From positions 1,088,001 to 1,152,000 of the forward strand of contig CAWJQQ010000001.1 in assembly GCA_963845065.1 (NCBI GenBank): 64,000 nucleotides of DNA. The letters are read 5' to 3'. Of the stretch, positions 58,671 through 64,000 are shown one piece after another (the stretch's first letter is position 1; each line of letters starts with the position of its first letter). The translations under genes were made by a program, and so were the position numbers. Below the pieces are notes generated by a model. That model was given only the letters and a program-made list of their open reading frames with translations, searched no databases and was not told the origin of the DNA. This DNA is from Nitrospirota bacterium. Its GTDB lineage: Bacteria > Nitrospirota > UBA9217.

Positions 58671-60014
58671 TTAAATCTGATCGCTATCCACTACGAGTTT
58701 GATTTTTTGTCCTGCGCGTATTGCTGCGCTTATTCCCTTGTTCCATTCCTTGATATCGGCAACGGTCACGTTGTGTTTTTTTGCGATTCTAGCAAGCGTC
58801 TCTCCGCGCCTTACGCGGTACAATATCTCCTGTTGCTTGCCACCCTGTTCCGGGGTGAGATAACTGACGTCCTGAGCCTTTGCATTGATGTCTATCGGAA
58901 TAAGAAGATGTTTGCCGGGCTTTATACGGACTTTCTTTAGTCCGTTGATATCGCGGATCGCTTCGGATGACGTATTATACTGTTTTGCTAGGCTTGACAG
59001 GGTTTCACCTCTTTTCACCTCATGGCGTTCCCATTTAATCTTCTGCTCTGCAGGGATCGCTGAGAAATTTGCAAGAAACGCTTCTTTCCTCCCAGCAGGA
59101 ATTCTCAGAACGTATTTGTCGAAGTCAGGAGGAGTAACCCATCGTCTGAGTTCTGGGTTCAATTCCTTGATCTCTTCATAGGTGCACCCAGCGCAGCGGG
59201 CAAGAAGCCGAAGATCCGTGCTTTCTTCAATAACTACCTCATCATAATTAAAAGGGTTATTGGTGGCAATTGAGAATCCGTAGGATTCAGGATTTTTTGC
59301 GATAATGGTCGCGGCCATGAATTTGGGCACATAATTCTTGGTCTCTCTGCGAATGTATCGCGAGGCTTTCAGATCCCAGAAATCATCCGACCGAGTCCTA
59401 AGTACGGCGCGCTGAACCTTACCGGCGCCTGCGTTATACGAAGCAAGAGCTAACGGCCAGGAACCGAATAGGTTGTGCAGGTCTTTGAGATGCTCAGCGG
59501 CCGCATAGGTCGATTTCACGGGATCCTTGCGCTCATCAATCCACCAGTCAATCTTGAGGCCGTAAAGTTTTCCCGTTGCCGGCATGAACTGCCAAGGGCC
59601 GACGGCATTTGCCCAGGACACGGCGTAGGGGTTGAAACCGCTTTCGATCATGGCAACATATACCAGATCCTCTGGCAGGTTTTTCTCGCGGAAGATGTCT
59701 TTCATCACTGGAATGTATCTGGCTGACCTGTCGAGCCATCTCTGAAATACTTCTCGCCCTCGCGTCTTGAAGTACTCGAGATTGTTCTCGACGCTATCAT
59801 TTAGGATCATGGGGAAGCTAAATGGTTTTTCTTCGGCTGTTTCATCGATGTTTTCATCGAGCTGGGCAACATCTTCCGTAGGGGGTTTTAACTGAGAGGG
59901 AATTCCGGTTGTCTGATCCTGAGAGGGGACCGGTGTATCCGCAAAAATTGGTTGGGAATGAAGAAATAGTGCAGTGCTAACTATCAGTAAAATATGAATA
60001 ATTCTTCGGATCAT
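58671..60014 (-). CDS. mltD: LysM-containing lytic transglycosylase (MltD-like)
   Basis: AMIESGF, GPWQFMP.TG, YNAG, ETKNYVPK, two LysM domains. Confidence 0.92.
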   Translation of the reverse strand: MIRRIIHILLIVSTALFLHSQPIFADTPVPSQDQTTGIPSQLKPPTEDVAQLDENIDETAEEKPFSFPMILNDSVENNLEYFKTRGREVFQRWLDRSARYIPVMKDIFREKNLPEDLVYVAMIESGFNPYAVSWANAVGPWQFMPATGKLYGLKIDWWIDERKDPVKSTYAAAEHLKDLHNLFGSWPLALASYNAGAGKVQRAVLRTRSDDFWDLKASRYIRRETKNYVPKFMAATIIAKNPESYGFSIATNNPFNYDEVVIEESTDLRLLARCAGCTYEEIKELNPELRRWVTPPDFDKYVLRIPAGRKEAFLANFSAIPAEQKIKWERHEVKRGETLSSLAKQYNTSSEAIRDINGLKKVRIKPGKHLLIPIDINAKAQDVSYLTPEQGGKQQEILYRVRRGETLARIAKKHNVTVADIKEWNKGISAAIRAGQKIKLVVDSDQI

Positions 60015-60221
60015 TTTTTCTCCTACTTAGTTATTAAGTTACCCTTTTTGGCAGTATTTGTCAATTAAAAATCGCCGCCGGTTAGCAATAATATATATTT
60101 AGCTTATCGACACTTTCTGAAAAAAATTTAGGAGTTTTGTCCGAGAAACCCCTTTTGTATAAACGGTGGTTCTTCTTCTGGTCTGCTTGTATTTTAGGTC
60201 ATTGTTTTGTATTATGATAAG

Positions 60222-60980
60222 ATGCAAGATGCTCACGTTTACGAAATCTTTGCTTCAATTCAAGGAGAGGGGCTGTGGATCGGGCAGCGTCAAATCTTCG
60301 TCCGATTTCAGGGTTGTGATATCCATTGTTGTTATTGCGACACACCTACTGCTCGTTCACTGGAACTAAGCGCAGTTGATGGGCAGGATTGTACCGTTCA
60401 GGTGGGACCGGAACCGGACGCTGAAAAGCAACAAGTACGCAATCCGATATCTGCGCACAATCTGAGCGCACTATGCGCAAGATTGATCATTCCTGGTCCT
60501 TCACGACAGGTGCTCAGTCTGACAGGTGGGGAGCCTTTGCTTCAATCCGATTTTTTGGCCTGGTGGCTCCCGCTGGTGAAAAGAAGCTATTTAATCTACC
60601 TTGAAACCAACGGAATTCATGACCAAGCTATGAAAACCGTATACGACCTTGTTGACGTCGTAAGCATGGATTTCAAACTCCCTTCATCCACAGGGTTACA
60701 CCCGTTTTGGAAAGAGCATGAAAAGTTCATGGCAGCTTGTGATGGCAAGGAACTGTTCGTAAAAGCTGTTGTGACGAAAGATGCGACAAAAGAAGACATC
60801 CAGAGATCGGCGCGCCTTATCGCGAAAGCTGATGCATCCATTCCGCTTGTTCTTCAACCAGCCGGCGGTGTCTTCGCTCCCGCAGCCGCCATGCTGATAG
60901 AACTGCAGAACGAAGCACTTCAAGTCATTGCAGATGTTCGCGTGATTCCTCAGGCTCATAAGATGTTGGGTGTACCTTAA
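60222..60980 (+). CDS. queE: 7-carboxy-7-deazaguanine synthase
   Basis: EIFASIQGEG, FVRFQGCDIHCCYCDT, TGGEPLLQ, LETNG, PQAHK. Confidence 0.9.
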   Translation: MQDAHVYEIFASIQGEGLWIGQRQIFVRFQGCDIHCCYCDTPTARSLELSAVDGQDCTVQVGPEPDAEKQQVRNPISAHNLSALCARLIIPGPSRQVLSLTGGEPLLQSDFLAWWLPLVKRSYLIYLETNGIHDQAMKTVYDLVDVVSMDFKLPSSTGLHPFWKEHEKFMAACDGKELFVKAVVTKDATKEDIQRSARLIAKADASIPLVLQPAGGVFAPAAAMLIELQNEALQVIADVRVIPQAHKMLGVP

Positions 60981-61019
60981 TATTTGTTGCCCGTAAACCA
61001 TTCACGTTGAATAATTCAA

Positions 61020-61195
61020 GGTGGGTATCCCCTTGACTCAGGTAGCCACAATAGCTTGTGAAGTACTTAACACTAGGCACCCGATTACATCCTCATGAGC
61101 GACAATATTTCATTCGGTTAGCACGAAATGCCGAGTGGTTCTTCCTGAATACATATCTACATATTGGGGTTACCTGAGCGAAGGGGATACCCACC
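61020..61195. mobile_element. MITE, 176 bp, with 34-bp TIRs and 8-bp target duplication
   Basis: GGTGGGTATCCCCTTgaCTCAGGTAgCCaCAATA versus its inverted copy (4 mismatches); TAATTCAA repeated directly at 61012-61019 and 61196-61203. Confidence 0.88.
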
Positions 61196-61225
61196 TAATT
61201 CAAATTTAAATCCACTGACAAAAGC

Positions 61226-62650
61226 ATGAATTATCAAATACTCTCACTGGTCATTGAAGAGCTTTCAGCACTCCTCACCGGGGCACGCGTAGAGCGTGTT
61301 ATCCAGAGCAAGGAGGCGGGGGTCTTTTTCGTGTTTCGGCGCGCTCGAAAAAATTATGTGCTGCTATGCTCTCCCGATCGTGCCTTGCCCCGTATGCATT
61401 TGGTAAGTTCAAAACCACAATCCATTAATACGCCGCACCCCTTTGTCCTTGCGATGAGAAGCCTGTTAACTGGTTCTCATATAAAAAATATATCACTGCT
61501 GAACCAGGACCGGATAGCGAGGATTTGCTTTGCAAAGCCATCTGTAGAAGAATGCCTTGTCTTTGAATTAACCGGGAGATCAGCAAACATCTTCTTTATC
61601 GGGCCAGATTCGCGAATTATTGCTGCCTACTATTCGGTCACTCCTAATGAACGTTCAGAACGAACATTGTTGCCAGGGTCATCATATGTCTTGCCTCACA
61701 AAGGAGTCATTTTCCCTGCGGACAAGGATAGAATTGTAATTCCTGACTCTGATTCACCGAACAAATCGGCAGAAGCCTACTATGTTCATATGGTACAGGA
61801 GCGATGTATTACAGCACTCGGGTCGGAGATCCGCTCCAGTATCCGAAAAGCCCTTGCAAGGGCCAAGCGTAAGCACAATGCCCTCGAATCTAATCTGCAG
61901 ACAGCTGAACGCGCCGATCAGCTTAAACAGGCGGGAGATTTGATCCTGGCGAATTTGAGGCTCTTGCATGGTGGGATGGACAATGCGGAACTTACCGGTT
62001 ATGACAACCAGACAGTCATGGTCAATCTTGATCCGAGACTATCACCATCGAAGAATGCAGAATTCTACTTTAAGAAGTTTAAAAAAGCCAAAGCAGGACA
62101 ACAGATCATTTTGACGCGTCTATATGATACGGTAGAGGAAATATCCTTCCTGAACTCCCTTCTGGACGAAATGGGGAAGCTGGACAATGCCTCTCAACTG
62201 ACAACGATTCGATCTGAACTATTGGCTCGCGGATATTTAAAGGAGAAGCCAGTAGGAAAGGGGAAAGCCCATCCTGCGAAAAATGTCTCCGGTTACAGAA
62301 CCATAGTCTGCCGGGGGTGGGAAATTCTTATCGGTACTAATGCTTCGGGCAATGATCATATTACGACCAGGATCGCCCGTCCTGATGACTTCTGGCTCCA
62401 TGCCGAAGGACTGCCCGGCTCACATGTGCTTGTGAGAAACTCGATGAAGGGGGAGATTCCGCCGGATGTATTATTGAAAGCTGCGGCCTTGGCAGCATAT
62501 TACAGCAAGGGGAGAAACGCAGACAAGGTATCGGTCACGTATACGTATGCACGGTTTATAAAAAAGCCGAAAGGCGCAAAGCCGGGGCTCGTTACGATCT
62601 CAGAACGGAAAACGATCGTGGTCAGGCCGGCAGACGGCGTGCTGGTGTGA
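61226..62650 (+). CDS. NFACT/RqcH (FbpA-like) protein
   Basis: DRI, FELTGRSAN, LDPRLSPSKNAEFYFKKFKKAK, DFWLHAEGLPGSHV, AAYYSK, KKPKGAKPG. Confidence 0.9.
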   Translation: MNYQILSLVIEELSALLTGARVERVIQSKEAGVFFVFRRARKNYVLLCSPDRALPRMHLVSSKPQSINTPHPFVLAMRSLLTGSHIKNISLLNQDRIARICFAKPSVEECLVFELTGRSANIFFIGPDSRIIAAYYSVTPNERSERTLLPGSSYVLPHKGVIFPADKDRIVIPDSDSPNKSAEAYYVHMVQERCITALGSEIRSSIRKALARAKRKHNALESNLQTAERADQLKQAGDLILANLRLLHGGMDNAELTGYDNQTVMVNLDPRLSPSKNAEFYFKKFKKAKAGQQIILTRLYDTVEEISFLNSLLDEMGKLDNASQLTTIRSELLARGYLKEKPVGKGKAHPAKNVSGYRTIVCRGWEILIGTNASGNDHITTRIARPDDFWLHAEGLPGSHVLVRNSMKGEIPPDVLLKAAALAAYYSKGRNADKVSVTYTYARFIKKPKGAKPGLVTISERKTIVVRPADGVLV

Positions 62651-62741
62651 TTATTCATGCTTCCTGCCCGAAGATCGTGATATTTTCCTTTACACATTTC
62701 ATCGTTTCAAGTAGACTTTAACAAGTCATCGTGAGCAAAAC

Positions 62742-64000
62742 ATGTCAAAAAAAACAATCATTACAGTCGTCATTGCGATAGTGGTTCTCATTGTTACTAT
62801 CTCCTGCTATTCATTAGGCATATTCGAAAAGCCGGAGTACTATTTCTACGACCTTCAAGCAAAGCTTTTGCGCTCCAACAAGATGCTCGATAGCAAGATC
62901 AAGGTCATCCTCATCGATGAAGCCTCGCTCAAGGCGCTAGCAGACATTGCGGGCAGGTGGCCGTGGCCACGAGCAATCTGGTCAGACCTGCTCGATTTTC
63001 TATCGATAGGTGGCGCGCGGACAGTGCTCTTCGATCTTCTTTTTTTAGAACCAGACCGCTATAATGCTAAAAACGACCAGGCGCTTATTGAGGCGACCAG
63101 GGAATCCCAAAACGTTTACCATGGCATGATGATCATGCGCGAAGAGCCTGATAAGGACGTTAGGAACAATACTGACCTGAACCGTCCTATGCCCAGATAT
63201 TTCGTGAGTCGGTTCGCGCTCAAGAAAGTCTCGGGCAGCCTCTCAGTCAAGCCGGGCACCGAATATAACAACTTTGCTCTGCCGATTGCCGGGCTGGCTA
63301 AAGCCTCAAAAGGCATGACTGTCGTTGAATTCACGCCTGACAGTGACGGTATATACCGGAAGACGAGGCCGCTCCGAGACTACCAAGGCAACTATTTCAC
63401 GGTCCTTGGCCTTGCTCCTTTTGTCGACGCTGCAAGCACCGTGAAGATCAATATCAATTCGATTAAAATTAACGACCGGACAATACCGATTGATAAAAAT
63501 GGAAACTGTCTCATCAATATGTACGACCTTGACAAGGTGGAAACCTATTCCATGAGCGGTGTGCTCGCATCGCTTCAAAAAATCCGAAAAGGCGAAGTCG
63601 AGAACCTTCTGGTGAACCCCGAGGTATTCAAGGACAGCATCGTGTTCATTGGCGCTAGCGCTGTCGGTACTGCGGACCTTAAGGCCATACCGGTTGCCCC
63701 CAACGCTCCCGGCGTCATGCTTCATGTCTTCTTAGCGAACAATTATCTCCAGAACGATTTTATGAGGCCGCCCGACAACCGGTTGACGTTCTTTTCAGTG
63801 CTTCTCAGCGTGCTTCTTACGTCATGGGCCGTGATGTTTTCCAAGCGTTTTATCATCCAAGCCGCATTTCCCGCATGCCTGCTTTTGCTCTATATCGGTT
63901 ATGCGCTACTGTCGTTTAAATCAAACATGCAAGTCGATCTTATGCCATTTCTTTTCGCCTTGGTGACGACCAGCTTTTTGTCATTCGGCTACCTAACCTT
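62742..64000 (+). CDS. CHASE2-domain sensor protein (3' end outside window; absent from the ORF track)
   Basis: Own translation MSKKTIITVV...ILIDEASL...GRWPWPR...FDLLF.EP, PDSDG.YR, PGVMLH, then TM helices. Confidence 0.88.
   Translation, partial: MSKKTIITVVIAIVVLIVTISCYSLGIFEKPEYYFYDLQAKLLRSNKMLDSKIKVILIDEASLKALADIAGRWPWPRAIWSDLLDFLSIGGARTVLFDLLFLEPDRYNAKNDQALIEATRESQNVYHGMMIMREEPDKDVRNNTDLNRPMPRYFVSRFALKKVSGSLSVKPGTEYNNFALPIAGLAKASKGMTVVEFTPDSDGIYRKTRPLRDYQGNYFTVLGLAPFVDAASTVKININSIKINDRTIPIDKNGNCLINMYDLDKVETYSMSGVLASLQKIRKGEVENLLVNPEVFKDSIVFIGASAVGTADLKAIPVAPNAPGVMLHVFLANNYLQNDFMRPPDNRLTFFSVLLSVLLTSWAVMFSKRFIIQAAFPACLLLLYIGYALLSFKSNMQVDLMPFLFALVTTSFLSFGYLT

Noticed and set aside
1..64000. 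CRISPR array, tRNA or rRNA genes
   Set aside because: No regularly spaced direct repeats near any tnpB-like gene or elsewhere, and no cloverleaf or rRNA signatures seen by eye.

Overview
Chromosomal window from an anaerobic or microaerobic bacterium. The long rpoZ type, gene order, triheme cytochrome and several sigma54 regulators suggest Nitrospirota or a deltaproteobacterium-like lineage; this is inference only. Left part (0-12 kb): an ADP-ribosylglycohydrolase, a Tat-exported SorA/SoxC-type molybdoenzyme with two c-type cytochromes, and a membrane-bound group 1 [NiFe]-hydrogenase operon (small and large subunits, cytochrome b, protease, fused hypC-hypA, hypB, hypF; no hypD/hypE). The rest is mostly housekeeping (tldD, mog, ROK kinase, lepA-lepB, yicC-remA-gmk-rpoZ-coaBC, ppx, archease-rtcB, recG, pilD, ligA, nfo, mltD, queE, NFACT) plus two-component systems. 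Mobile DNA is dense: one intact IS200/IS605 element (tnpA+tnpB) abutting an IS30 relic, a decayed tnpB-only element with a 570-bp mini-derivative, a third tnpB-like relic, three orphan IS605-type right ends, two MITEs with clear TIRs and target duplications, and a possible orphan IS110-type structured leader. Best leads: (1) a HypC-HypA fusion with an internal Shine-Dalgarno before the HypA MHE motif; (2) a hydrogenase small subunit with a DxxC proximal motif and 4-Cys medial cluster on a GC-rich cassette; (3) an intact TnpB with readable TAM and guide, plus several orphan omega-RNA-like loci; (4) a c-heme motif inside a Cache sensor kinase; (5) degenerate 7-bp periodic inserts inside hypF. 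No tRNA, rRNA or CRISPR array was seen.
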